Assembly (NCBI GenBank): GCA_036172245.1
Contig: JAYWIR010000001.1
Coordinates: 1,798,001 to 1,862,000 of the forward strand
Direction: 5' to 3'
DNA from: Raillietiella orientalis
Taxonomy: Eukaryota
Length of the DNA: 64,000 bases
Shown in pieces: positions 48,117-61,649 of this stretch. The stretch's first letter is position 1. Each line of letters starts with the position of its first letter. Position numbers and translations under genes: made by a program. A model generated the notes under the pieces. It had not been told where the DNA came from. It did no database searches and was given only the letters and a program-made list of their open reading frames with translations.

Positions 48117-51100
48117 ATGGATGTTTTGGGATCCATTTTGAATTCTATGGAGAAACCTCCATCGAAAAGTCAAAGCACTGGTGAAAAACGTAAGCATTCT
48201 TGAATGTGATTTATACCTTATCAAATATTAGTCTTCAAAAGATATGATTGGTACGCAACGTAGACAAACGAATATTTTGTGACTGTCAAATTACCTACCC
48301 ACTTTATTAAATTAGTTGTTTCTCCTGCATGGCAGGTACAAATTCGCCTTAAGGAAATCATTCTGGCATCATTCCAAACAAATGCAAGAGTGTTTTTTTC
48401 TCATTTTCAGCGTTTCTTGAGACACTATTTAGTATCCATGGCCCCATTTATTTGTTTGAGTACATTTCCTGTGCATGGAGGCTCAGAGGCCATTTAATGT
48501 TACGACAGCGACAGTGTATTAGTTACACATCTGTAAAGTTGATCAGTGCCTTTTTATACTACATTTTTATACTATGTGTTTTGTCAACTTAGGAATTACC
48601 ATTTGCGTTATTTTATGCACTTCTTCACATACGTGAAGAGAATTCTCACAAGGTTTTCTGTTTGCTTACAGATCTCTATTTCAGATCATTTTGTAGCATT
48701 TTGAGAGGTTCGATTTAAAATTCCGTTTACCAAAGCATGTTTAATTGTGAGGTGATGTGTAAACTGGATGCAGTTTTGAAAAGTGCATCTGAAGTGAGAA
48801 CTCTCTGATGAAGTTGAACTTTTTATGTCATCAGAATTAGAGTGGATGAGCTGTACTGCTTTTAAATGCTAATTAAAGAACACTTTCAAGTATTCAGAAC
48901 TGCTTGAGGCAGCTAATTGACTGATTCTTTAATTCTGAATTACTGGAATAAACATTTGACAATAAACTCATTTTCAAATCATGACGTTTTTTAGGGCTAA
49001 AGTAGTTAAGACTAACATCCATGAAACCAAGTAGACTATCAGAAAGCTATCAGAAAAGTTAATGTTAATTCTTCCATGTTGGTAAACTTTATTTTGCTTT
49101 GGTTATGTATGCAAGCAACCATATATTAATTTTGCAAAATCTGAGTATTGTAGCCTAATGGGCTTTCAGTTGAAGCCATTTTGCAAGAAAGCACTTGGAT
49201 GGTTCAATCCTTCAGGTGATAGTTCATGTATTCGAAAAAATACCTTTTGAAAAATGCATGTATTGGGTTTCATTCAAAGCATGTTGCCTATGTAGTAGCA
49301 CTGGCTGTGAGGTTTTGGTTTTTGCATGCCTACCTGAAGTGCAATTAAAAAAAAAAGTTTGCATAAAAGAAAAATTGTGGTGGTGCTAGGAAATGAAAAT
49401 GCATGTGCAGTATATCAGCATTCCTGATTGTTCTTGGTTCTCAATTAAAGACCTGAGTTGTTGAAAACTCAAATCTCGATTCTAAAGGGAAAAACAACCA
49501 GAAATGGAAAAAGAAGACATTTTTGTTAGATAGATACGTAACTGGATACATTATGATATTCAAGAATTTCAAGGCAAATGGCAAATGTAAACCATAACAC
49601 AGATTCACAGAGTCTTAAAAGCTTTTCGCCAATTTGAAGTACATGCCAAAATGATCTCCAGGAACGGAATTTTTTTCACTATTAACGAAAATTTAGAAAG
49701 TATAAGAATAGCAAGGATTAAAAATGAATTAGAAAGAACAGGAGTCATGTGTTTATGCTTTTTTGTTTATTTATTTATTTTTTTTAGGTTTTTAGTTCAG
49801 TAGCACTTATTAGAACACTGCCTTCCCAAATACGTAAATTCTTTTTTACAAGAATATGTTTTTGTTATGGGACCAAAGCAGCACATGCATTAGAGTAACT
49901 GCCAGGAATGTTTTTTTTCCCAGTAACTAAACCAGTTCTCAGGAATAGGGCACTATTTTACATGCAATTAATCAATTTATGCTATAGTAGTCGGTGTGTT
50001 TTGCCAAGCAACACAGAATATGTATTTCCCCCGTAAATTGTTGCATTTTGAAACGGAGAACAGAAGAATCATTAATTTTCAGTTTATAACTTTTACCGTT
50101 TTTGCTCCTAGATTGCAGATTTATAGTATTCCATGTTTATTTGCATGTTCTTTCAGAGAAATCTGCATACTTGAAAAAGCTTGCAGCAAATGAAAAAAGA
50201 AATTTAGAGGTATTCAGAAACAAGGTTTGTAATTACAGTTGTATCCTAAAATTCTTTGGAGGTATGTCTTGAAACATATTTGTTAGATCATCAGGAATAT
50301 TTGGAATCTTAAGCATAATGCGTATTTGTACAGAGAGACTTAAAACATCCGATGATTTGTTGTAATGATAGTGGGCTTGATTTTTTGTGGGCAAGATACC
50401 AGTGTCATCTCTCACATCTCCCAGCACTACAAACATTTCGATATTTGAAAAGTAGGAAAAGGTTCTTCAACAATTTCATTCCAAGTAGTCCTTTTTGGTA
50501 GTTGGAAAGGGAGGGAAATGCTAATCAATCATATTTTGCAGTGTTGCACTTTCAGGTTGTACAAAAAGTGGAATCATTTATGTGCAATGAAACTGTACGA
50601 AAACTTCAGTTTGAGCCCATGAGCAAAGTGAAAAGGAGTGTTATGTGAGTAATTAAATCACAAATTTATATCAGTTTTTGCGTATTTTTGCAAAAGATTG
50701 TTTTCATGAAGTAAACTTTGTTTTTAGACATGATGTTGCTGAAGTTGCTGGCGTGATAGCATATTCTTTTGGTGATGAAGAAATAGATCGTCACGTTATT
50801 CTATTTAAAAGGGACTTCTTACCTTCTGAAGATGAACTTGCTGCTCTAAGGAAAGGTCAGGAATGGACACCTCAGATTCAGGTTGTTATTCGCTCAACAC
50901 CTTAAGAGAATGTACTTTGGAAATTTAGGCAGAAGTTGCAGAGGTAAATAAAGAGGATAATATCTCTTGTGACCTTGTTGATCACCCAAAATTAAATTAT
51001 ACGACCAAATACCAACATCTGGTTGACTGGACAGTAGATAAGCAGCTAGCAGTAAAAACAACGGCAAATACTTCTTATGGATTTGGTATGATTGTTAGCA

Positions 51101-51233
51101 TGGACATTGCATGTATTAGAGTATTATTTCAGTTCCAAGCAAGAATAAAAAAGATGCTCGTTCAATTGAGCAGACTTTAGCTGATATTCAAGCACGTAAA
51201 CGTTTAAAAGTTCAAGATGAATCACAGGCCTAA
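48117..51233 (+). CDS. SPAG7: Sperm-associated antigen 7 homolog (R3H domain), ~213 aa, 6 exons
   Basis: Exons 48117-48189, 50157-50224, 50556-50644, 50728-50881, 50929-51085, 51133-51233, all GT-AG and in frame. MDVLGSILNSMEKPP; FEPMSKVKRSVIHDVAEVAG...SFG...FLPSEDEL...GQEW; NTSYGFVPSKNKKDARSIEQTLADIQARKR match the SPAG7 family. Confidence 0.95.
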
Positions 51234-53273
51234 TTTTTAGTATCTGTACTCCAGTTGCTTTTTGAATACAAAAAAAAAAAGATCATAAATCTAAATTGTA
51301 AGAATACACCCTACCTATTCAACGATAAAGATTTATACAGAGATGAAATCATTTTTATTTTTATCAAGGGATTTAAAGAACATCCACATTTAATCTGTCA
51401 GAATCCTCGGAAGTAAAGAAATATCCGAGTTGCAAACGATTGTATTTTGCACTCACAATCTTGTTTATAAATTGAAATAAATTTGTGATTGTCTGTAGTA
51501 GTTTTATAATTTGAAACTTTGCATTATTATTTATGTTCCGTGAAGAATGTCAAGTACCTTAATTTTTAGTTGATAACCTATAAACTTGTAAAATGGAGAA
51601 TTTATTCGTTCTCACGACTTACACAATGCTTACTAAGAAATACAGTTCGTTTTGTTAAGTTCCCCACAAAAGAATTTGAATATGGTCAGCCAATTCCAAT
51701 CAAAGATTATGCATCGCTAATAGCAGCGTATGGCATCAGAGTATGGTTAGAAGTCTATAAAACATGATACGTTCTAAGAAAGTTACACACCCAGTATAAA
51801 ATATTGGCCAACATACTTAATGACATGACTGAAATACTTTGTTCTAACATAGATTTTTAAATGCTTCAAAGTAATGTGATGGTAGTGGTAATTCCGAGTT
51901 TTAGCAGTCATTCTAAGGATCAGGAAAATCTTACTGATTATGAGCAAACGTGATTTTGTTTCCATTGATTGGAAGCACCATGATGTTTGTAATCTTATGT
52001 TCATGAATGAGAGACATTATTTAACATATCCATTTGATGACTGGAGTTTAATGCAGACAACTGTGTTCTGAAGGTTATGCACAGTGCATTTGTAAATGTA
52101 ATTACTGGATCCCATATTTGATCAAAATGTGATCTGGTGAACGTGTGAAGCTTTCATTTTGGTTCTTCAGTTTTCAGTTGAACAAGTATTTTACTTAAAT
52201 TAGCGTTTTTTCGTTAACCATACCGGTATTTGGTGTGGGTGAGTTCTTTTTAAAAATCTTACATGGCTTTAAAAAATGAATGTATGGATGACAATGTGAA
52301 TTAAATCTGAAGGGTTGGATGCATGATAATTTCCACAGTCTTACTACACCTATTACTGGCTCTAATAATTTTGCGGACCGAGCTTTAAATGAAATGCAAA
52401 GTTTACTTTGAACAGCAACTTCCATCCTGCAACCAGCTCCTTATTTTTTTTCAGATGGGAACAAAATCCCATGTCATAGTCAAAGGGAGTGTTGTCCACG
52501 ACTTAATTTTCATTACCTTAGATACACTTGATATCTTCGTTTTACACGATCTTCTCTTTGTTAAATCTGGAAGTGCGTTTGTAAGGAAGGCATAATGAAT
52601 GAAGCAGCAGTGGATGTTGTGTTATGTTTATGTAAATTGGTATACTTGCTCAGAATGGATCTGATGGCTTTATATTCAAGAACACATTGGTAATGATACA
52701 GGTGTCCCTCAATAGGTGAATTGTTTTTCTAAAAGACAATGTTGGTCTTCTGGGGGCAGTCTGCAACAAAAGTTATTTTGGGTTCATGAAGAACGATGTC
52801 TGAATAGAATTTTAACTTTATTGGAGTTACAACTTAACTGTATTTGCTGGCAGTCCTTTCAGTTTGGAACCAAGGACCAAGACATCATCTTGACTGATTT
52901 GTTTAGAAGGAAAGTGTTTCCGTCAAAATTGACTATAAAACAGATTTACAGCAAATTTTTTTTTTTTCAAAGTTATCATATAAGACATGAATCAAAAAGT
53001 TCCATACTGAAAACAAAATTATCAGATTGGCTAATATATTTAAGATTGCATTCAAGAGCATGATCGCAAAAATGACCTCACAAGAGAGTGCAAGCAACCC
53101 AGAAAAAAGGAATGTTTTGAGTTCTTAGGTTCAAAAATATATATATTTTTAAAATTTTATATAATGAATGTGCTTACACATAATCATCAGAAAATCCTAT
53201 CCTTGCATTTACTGATTGAAAAACAATGAAACTGTAAAGTCAATGGCTACATTCATTTTTTTGTTGGTAAATA

Positions 53274-56200
53274 TCAACATTCACTTGATTGAAGAATTTC
53301 TTGAAGATGGCATACAGGACATACTAAACAGCTATCAAAATGCACAGGGAGACAACTGTGATGAAACACATGTTTGCAATAGAATGCCACAATATTTTTT
53401 GGGTTTTCAGAAAGCACAGGAATATCACAGGCATTGCACTTGGTATGTATACGCAAATGCACTCCTTTATGTTGATTGGCCAGCAGCTTTTTGAATAGCT
53501 GTACACAGTCAGCTGTCAAAATGCGGCTACATCCTTTCTGCAATTCAACCCTCAATCTGTAATCACGTAACAGTTCACTGAGCACATTATGCAATCTTGG
53601 AATCTGCTGTCCTACTGGAATACGACAAATGACTGATACTGGGTCTGCCAAAAATGTTAAATTGTGAAGCAACTTGACCAGAAATTTCGTATTTTTTAAA
53701 GCAAAGTTGACCAAATCTTCCCACAGCTCTGGGTCATTATGCTCCTTGCAGAGATCCAAGGCAGCATCCATATCATGCAGCTCATCAGTTAGCAGATGTA
53801 AAGCTTGATGAACATTTCCCATCCGAGCTAATAAAACAAGGGAGTAAATAATCTATGCGAATTGATTTACCTAACAAATAAACACAAGCATGTAACAGAT
53901 GATGCTGTTGGCACACCTCATGAGCTTCTTGCAAAGAATAATTATCTATAGAATGAAGGAACGAGAGCAAATGATCTGGATCATGCAGAGCATACAGCTG
54001 AATCAATAACTGATGATACTTTGAGCACAAATCACGAGTACGTTCCTCTTGCTGTAGTGCACTCAAATACTGAGGAGACAATGTGTGGTCTTTTGTCTGC
54101 ATGTCTATCATAACCATCATACCCGAAACAAATAATAGGAATTCTCTTTAAAGCGTGCTATAACAGAATCAACAGGTACATTCATGGTATGCTTAGTCAG
54201 TAGTTCAACTGTTTTGGTAACATCCAAAGTCATCAGACTCTCCAAATGATTCAGCACTGCAGCAAACATGCCATGTTTCTGGATCATGGAAAATACACTC
54301 ACATCCTGCAAGCTGAATGACATGGATTTATGTATGCTATTTTGACATACTTCAAATAGACTGCCAAAGAGCCATCATGCTGCTGAGGATCTTGAGCATA
54401 GAGGTAAGCAAGTGCCAACTGAAGACTCTTGTTTTCTGGGTAAACCAGCAATTCCTCCCACACTGCAGAACTCAACATGTGTGTGTTGTACAAAGAGGAA
54501 GGCCATTCAGAGAGCCAATGCAGCAAGCTCTAAACACTCATCGATTTATAGGGCTGAAATGATCCAATCTTACAGATACGTCCATCTTGAGGAATTCCAA
54601 GAGTGCCATTTGGTATGCAGCTGGAGTTAGACAACAGTCTTTATATGGGAAATAAGGGCTGAGGAAACGGAGCTGCCGAAGCTTGGCAAACTGATACACC
54701 CAATGTTCCCAGCGACTCTTATCCTGCCCTACACAACAATGGCAAACTTATCATTCATCAAGCTTACCTAAGACCTGATGACACATCAAAGCAGCTGCAT
54801 CATATTGTTTTGCAGCTAATAAGGCAGCTGCATGTTTCTCGCCTACACTGATTAATGTGTGTCGTTTCAGAGTGTGGCTGCAATCTTGAAGAACTACATT
54901 TAGAGCCCGTTGGTACTGTCTGGGAAAATATGTTACGCATTCCTTTTACTGTTTGCTTACTTTGTTTCTAATAACCAGTCGATGTGATCATCATTATCAC
55001 GAGGACTAGCCATCACTACATCTCTAGGGCTTACAATGAAGAAGATACCCTCTTCTGGCAAACATTCTGGATATGTGAATAGAATTGATTAGGGGATGTT
55101 CTTTCTCTAATCAATTTACCTAGCTGATAATCCAAAAGACTACATTCCTGATACTTTTGTAAAGACAAGATGTCTGTGTTAATTTCATCATAACTTTTGT
55201 CTAATTCTAGAATTTTAAGCCGAGGACGATCTGATCCCAAGGGCTTAGGTAAGCATAAAACTACTACCAAAGGCCCTAGAGGTCCTAATCCACAAACCAA
55301 GAATTCTGCTCTCACCATGTATACTACATGCACGTTAGACATTAGGTGTATGCCAAAATTCCTCACCAATTTCCACAAAATGGGAAGGCATATTGGACAC
55401 TGATTGGATCTGAGGCTTCACCCTGCACATCTGAATGATATCCCACCATCCCACTAGCAGCACATTGTCACTAAGCCAACACAGAATGCATTTTCCTTGC
55501 TCACTCCTTCTGCATGAATGCTAAGACCAGTTCATTAAACTCACCAACCTTAAATTATCTTCTCTCGGAATTAGACTGATGACTCGTTTCTCTTTCACGC
55601 CAAATACTCTAACACCCTGCAAAAGAACCACCTCAAATCTGCGGGCTTTCTACTTACTTCTGCTGAAGCCCAAGCCAAAAACTGTCCCTTCCATTTGACA
55701 GTTTGGATGTAACTGTCATCATATCCTAAAGTTGTTGTGGTTGATCCCCATAAATAAGTTTTCTCGGTGAGAAGCAACTGTTTATGTCCTAAGAGTCTCC
55801 ATTACAAAACTCTTTATTCAGTATTAAATACCAATCAGAATTCGGCATCCAGAACCAGCCCTAGCATACTCAGGATCCAGTGCAACACACTTCACAGGAA
55901 AATCAAATTTCTTATTATATGTTACTGTATTTACATATAGTCCATAAACAACTACCTGGAAAAGATCATTACAATACAAGCAACCAGACTGTTACCAGGC
56001 TGTCATCTGCACAACTAGCCACATATTCTCCACTTTTGTCCATGCTAATCTGATTCACAGGTGCACTGTGAGCTTGATATTCTTGATTTACATTATTCCC
56101 AACATGATCCAGAATATAAATCTTGCCTTGAGAACTACCAACTACAATGAACTGAAAAGTACATTTCCGTTAAAATCAAAAACACTTTAGCAACAGTAAG

Positions 56201-56609
56201 GTGAAGGTATAAACTTCTAAAACCTTTGAGTTCACCGCCACACAGCTGACAGTAGCACAATGAAATATTCTCTGGACACCACTTCCCAAACGTTCATATT
56301 TTAATTTAGGTTCTTCAAGAATTGGCTTATTAGTGGGACCCTCATTATTTTTTTCGCATTTCTGGAATAACATATGCAAAGGTGACTACCATTACCATTT
56401 AATTCAGTTTTTTTCCTAATCTTTATTTGGATGGTAAATTGTATTGAAATTTTGTGCAAAATGTGATCACATCGTTAAATATCTAACCCAGAAATGTTGG
56501 AACGCAAGTATCTTACATCATCACATGACTTATCAAGGTTTTCTGTGATCTCGGTAGAATTTTCGGCATTGCTTCCATCTTTTTTGTCTAAATCCTCTTT
56601 CTGATCCAT
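53274..56609 (-). CDS. VPS41: Vacuolar protein sorting-associated protein 41 homolog (HOPS subunit), ~863 aa, 15 exons
   Basis: Exons 56609-56517, 56361-56224, 56151-55996, 55955-55832, 55788-55658, 55616-55549, 55509-55367, 55323-55120, 55066-54961, 54919-54768, 54728-54574, 54529-54351, 54312-54123, 54069-53871, 53827-53274 join in frame (2592 nt). EEPKLKYERL; WD40 beta-propeller; FIVSPRDVV...DDHIDWLLE; clathrin-repeat RMGN...CKEHNDPELWEDL; C-terminal RING-H2 CxxC...FYCKHVFHHSC...CPVC. Confidence 0.96.
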
Positions 56610-59369
56610 ATTTCTAGGCCGGAAAATGACGAAGACTAGCCGTGAAATCCATGCACTCCTACAATCCTCCTGAGAGAGAGAGAGAGAGAAAAAAAAAATT
56701 GTTCCAATCCCTCGGGTAAAAACGGGTGCAAAAAAGGGAAAACAAAGTCTTCCAAAGAGGATGAAGCCCTATGACTTTCCCAGTCTTTTTGTTCACATGG
56801 TTAACGACACCCAGAGAGTGAACCAGCAAACATAGGCAAAACTTTGACGGATGAATAAGCATACCTTCAACCAAAAGGCACCCAATTCAAGTTGGTTAAC
56901 ACAAAAACACGTAAACACGTCACATTTGGATGATTTCCTTCTACTGAACGATGCACACCAGGAGCCTCGGCTGTGGATGGATGGATTCGCCTTTGGAGCA
57001 GGGAGGCATCACTTGACCTTTGTAGATTTGGAAAACTCTAGAATCTCGAGATGTCCCAAGATGCCAGCGACATACAAAAAAAAAAAAAAAAAAGGGAAGA
57101 AAAACAGGAAGCTTCGTTTCTGAATTACATCTCACGCCGTTCCTGAAAGCAATAGCAGCAACCCACTCTGCTCTCGATGTTTGTTTACAAGATCGAATTG
57201 GTAAGGCGACAGTGTTTAAAGGAGTACACATTTGACAAGCCGTCGGACTACATCACCATTCTTTCGACAGACTCCAAGTCATACTGAAGTATGTTTATTT
57301 GCAGATGCTCCTAGGTTCCTCTCGTTCGTCTGACCAAAGGAGATTACACAACAACCACAGGATCCCAGGGAGACTGCATTTGAGGACCCAGAAAATCTAT
57401 GAACGACAGGTTTCGTGTCTCACTTCTCTGATGGACCAATTCACGTCTCTGGTGTGATTTCATACGAAGAAATTACTCGAGTGTCGATCTTTTCATATTC
57501 AACTTTCCTATTTTTTTTTTTATATTCAACACACACTCAGCTAGGAAAAAGAAGAAAAAATCCATCGATAAGGACTCTGAAATTTTTTTTTCAAACCGTT
57601 TGGCATTTCAGGCAATGGATGCAATAAACAAATACAACTGAATGAACTTAGTTGTGTGCAAATAATCCAACTATGAGGAAACTGAGTTCTGATTTTGCAA
57701 TCACTTCGACTTGATGTAGAACCGGGGAATTAATTTATATTAAATCGAATGCATGCAGCACTTCTCCAAACAAGGATAAGGTTTTCGAGCATCGATCCGT
57801 GTTGCTCATTCGAAGATTGGTTTTGGATAAATGATCATGGAAAAGCCATGATACAAGTAATAAAGTAGATTAAATAAATAATTCAAATAACTGAAAATAA
57901 AACCTGTTTTTACCAATGTGTCTCTTGTATTTTATCATAAAATGATAATGCTCGACTGCTCCAAACAAACTAAAACTGATAGCAAACTGGGAAGAAAATA
58001 CTTATAGATGAAAGAAAAATTATCTGATACGTCCTCGATCAATGATACACGCTCTTATCTCCTCCTGCAAACTTCTTAAAAAGCAAGAAAATGTTGTACT
58101 CCATTCGTAGTACACTGGTACTTCTTGAGCGAACAGTTTCCTCTTTGGTGATGTGTCCCAAAACGTGAAGTCTATTTGCGAAGAAAATGAAGCTGCAGCT
58201 ATTTGATATTACCTTTATTTATTTCTTTTATTTTCAGAGGAATTATTTTCTGCCATCATTGGTCAGTTATGAGATTCTCAGTGTTTCAATTGTATCTTCG
58301 AAAGGTGTGATCCACTTGCAGCCAACTTGCCTCGTATAACCTGAACGAAAGGAAGAATTTTCAACTGTAATATACGCAAAACGAACTTGAGAAGCAGCCC
58401 ACGTTGGAAGCTGTGGATATTTTTCAAAAACATGGATCTGATTAGGGGAAATCTTGGCCTTGCATTAACTGTGTGTATAGCTTGATGATGAGCCATCATC
58501 TCTGGTTCCAGTTCCCCTCGCTGAAGAAATCGCAAAAAAGTAAAATGAAATAGAATAAAAACGTGCCTTTTTATCCTTTTCCGAGAAACCTTAATAAGAA
58601 ACTTAGACAAGGACTTCAGCAACGTTATGATAGAAGTTTGACTGCATTTAAACCAAAACTCCAGCATCTCATGTTCCAGTAATTTTGCGTGCAATTATGC
58701 AGGTTGTCTTTGCGCATTCATTCTAAGGCTGGTGAGCTCAGTAGAGGACCAATTCTGAAAACATTCCCGAAACCTTCCCTTGAAATTGCGATTTTTATCC
58801 ACGAACACCGGGTAAATGATCCTAACTTTTATTCTGACTGATGCTTCCGAACTTTTCTCGCTGACGGACATTAAACAGTATCAAACAAAATCTTCAAGGA
58901 ATAGGTGAATTTATGAACTAAAGGTGAAAGGGGAACGGAAAGAGCAGGAGAAATTCAAAACAACTTCAAATATCTCAGTCTATAGCTTTCATACAGAAGG
59001 GTGGATCTTCATGGAATGTTCTCTAATTTTGTCGGGCAGCATCTAAGAGAAATGGAATTTTATAGGTTCCAAGGTTTTCGAAACTTTCACGATTTCGCGG
59101 TCTACTTAAAAATCTAGCACAACCAAAGGTGTGCATCTGAATAGGTCCCTATGGCACCAGCGCGGAAGTTTCAAGAACTCTGGATCTTCTCTGTTTTATT
59201 TTTCGTGCGACGCAATGGAGCGGTGGAAGGTTTGACGAAATTTCCATTACAATTACGATGCGTCTTCGTTGCAATTTCTGTTCAAAAGGATCCAAAAGTT
59301 TACAAGTCGGAAATTGCATTTATAACAAAGCCGCAAATTTAATTGCAGGAGCGAATGCTTCCATGGGAT

Positions 59370-60775
59370 GTGCTAATCACCGGATGTCATGGTATTCCTG
59401 AAAGCACGCCATGTTTATCTCATTTCTACAACTCCCCAACAGCAGGAACAGATCGTGAATATTCCTCCGTCTTTTTATGATACTCGTTCCTGTTTGCAAT
59501 CCGGTCCTTTACTCAATACGGCCCTGATCCCATCCTCATCAACGCAAAGCTCGATAAGCCAATGATCCAGACTCGTCAACCTCCAAGCATCTATCTTGTA
59601 GCTTTCCGGGACTTGGGATCGACCGGACCGAGACCAAAGGCCGTCCGCACAGGACCCTCCTCCGCATAGCACCTTCCGGATGCCACTGGGGCACTCGCGG
59701 CTATCGCCGGGATTAGCGCCGGCGACGGATCCAAGCAAGATGAAGCCCACCGTCACGACCCTCCCACTTGCCGGGACCTGCCGTCCTCCGGCGGCCCTCA
59801 GCCTCAGGACAGCACGACTCCGTCCTGCAGGTTTCTCGCATTCGCCTCCAACCGAAGACAGACACAGCAGCGCCGCAAATAGAGACATCTACGAGTTGAG
59901 GGAGGGGGCAATGAACTAATGACGGAATGAAGAAGGCGAGGACGCGGGTCTTCTCTCGGTCCCATCCTTTCCGGAAGAGGGAAAAACCAGGGAAAGTCGC
60001 GTCCGACGACAGACCCAGAAGCCTCCGTCCGCGCCCGCCTTAGCCCGCAGGAGAGCCGTGGGAACGCGCTGCGGTGACGTCATTTCGGCTCCCGCTCGGA
60101 GCGCGCGCAGACCTTCGTGGAGACTTCCGGCCGCAGACGAGATCCCGTGCCCTCGACCTCCCTCCGCCACCCTGAGTGAGCGACTCCTCCGGACTGGCTC
60201 CTCTGTGCAAACCCGTCCGGGCAGGAGGAAAAGCAGCAACCGTCGCCACCACTCCCTCCGGCTCTGCCCGGAACGGATGGGAAAAGGGCAACAAACCAAC
60301 ACAAACAAACAGATGAAGGGTCACCGGGATCGACCGTTTCTTCCTTCGCGAGGCGGCGATCTCCGTCCTGACCTTCCCTCCCTCCTCCCAGGGAGGCCAC
60401 CTGGCAGCGGCAACCGTCCTCACGTCACCACGGTCACCTCCCTTCGCTGAGCCTGCGACCGCAAGACGGTCTGTCGGACCGTGCCGATGACGCGCATGCG
60501 ACACACCGCCGCGAAGTTCGTGCACCGGCAGAGAGTCCTCCACGCGCCAAGAGCCGTCCCGGTGGTGGAGTGTCGGCCGCACGCTTCAGCGCCATCCGCC
60601 TCCGGCTGCCGGCACTCCTTCGAGGCTTTCGGCCTCCCTGGAAGGATCCCTCCTTGGCCATCGATGAGACAACACACCTCTCCACCGCCGGAGGACCTTC
60701 AGAATCGTCTCCATCGCTCCGAGCACCACCTGCCATTGCTCCACCCGCCGTTCCACTTCCGCTTCCTGCCTGGAC
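59370..60775 (-). mobile_element. Decayed L1/Tx1-like LINE (ORF1 3' half plus start of ORF2 endonuclease)
   Basis: Minus: METILKVLRRWRGVLSH (~60715-60665), knuckle-like NFAAVCR (~60520-60495), then KRRRNIHDL...NEINMACFQEYH (59475-59385; DIxCLQETH-like). Confidence 0.55.
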
Positions 60776-61475
60776 GCACAAGCCCGCCGTGAGGCTGCGG
60801 CCTCCGCCGGCGTCGCACCAGGCGTCGCACCAGGCGTCGCGGCTTCGAATTCCGTCCGGCGAACGATCGACGCCCACAAATGGGTGGGTGCGCCGTGGGT
60901 TGCGAGTCCCCACCCCCAGCAGGATGACGCCGGTTTTGGCCCGCGGGATTTGGGTAGGCAGCACAGGAGGAAATTCCAGCCGCTCCCGTTGAGCGACTGG
61001 AATGCGGAGCTGGCCCTCTGGGATCCTTCCAGGGGTCGAGGAGCACTTTGGGATTCCTCTCCGCTTGCGAAACTGTGGCTGCACTATGCGGCTGGCTGAC
61101 GCGTCCCCATCGAAGGTCGTCTGTCTCTGCAGAGTGCCAGAAGCGCGCTGCTCCCTTCGCGGTTCTCCTCAGAGAAGGAGGAAAGAGGGAGCGGTTCCCT
61201 AGAGAGGGGGTGTCCTCTGCAGAAAAAATTCCAGCAGCGGATCCTTCCCGGGTTCCCTTCGCAGAGAATCACGAAGACGTCCCTTCGGGGCTCCTTCCCG
61301 AGCGTGAACGGAACGGACTGCTTCCTCCGGAGCCTTCCTGGATTCATCCCTACGAGGTTGCCTCCTTCCCCTAGCCTGAAGGGTGAAACGCATCCTCGAG
61401 GTGGCATGGACGGTGGTGCTTCAGGAGCTTCCCTCCCTTGAGAAGGCGAACGACTCTTTAGCACTTGGCGGACCA
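60775..61475 (+). mobile_element. SINE family A copy
   Basis: Head GCTGCGGCCTCCGCCGGCGTCGCACCAGGCGTCGC...GGCTTCGAATTCC (with an 11-bp tandem duplication), shared body (CAGAAGCGCGCTGCTCCCTTCG...GAGGAAA), tail CACTTGGCG. Confidence 0.7.
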
Positions 61476-61649
61476 CAAACAGGGAGAGAGGGAGGAGCTG
61501 GAAGGAAAGCAGCGAAAGCGGAAGAATTCCAGTGGATTCCCACCATCCGGTTTTATCGGCACTCCGGTCCCACAGCAGAATTCCTTCCACCATGGTAGCA
61601 CCTCTTCCTTCTTGGCTTCTGCACGCGAGTTCCCGACTTGCGGGCAACG

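Noticed and set aside
52030..52075. C/D box-like pair (TTGATGA...CTGA)
   Set aside because: Too short, no terminal stem and not intronic.
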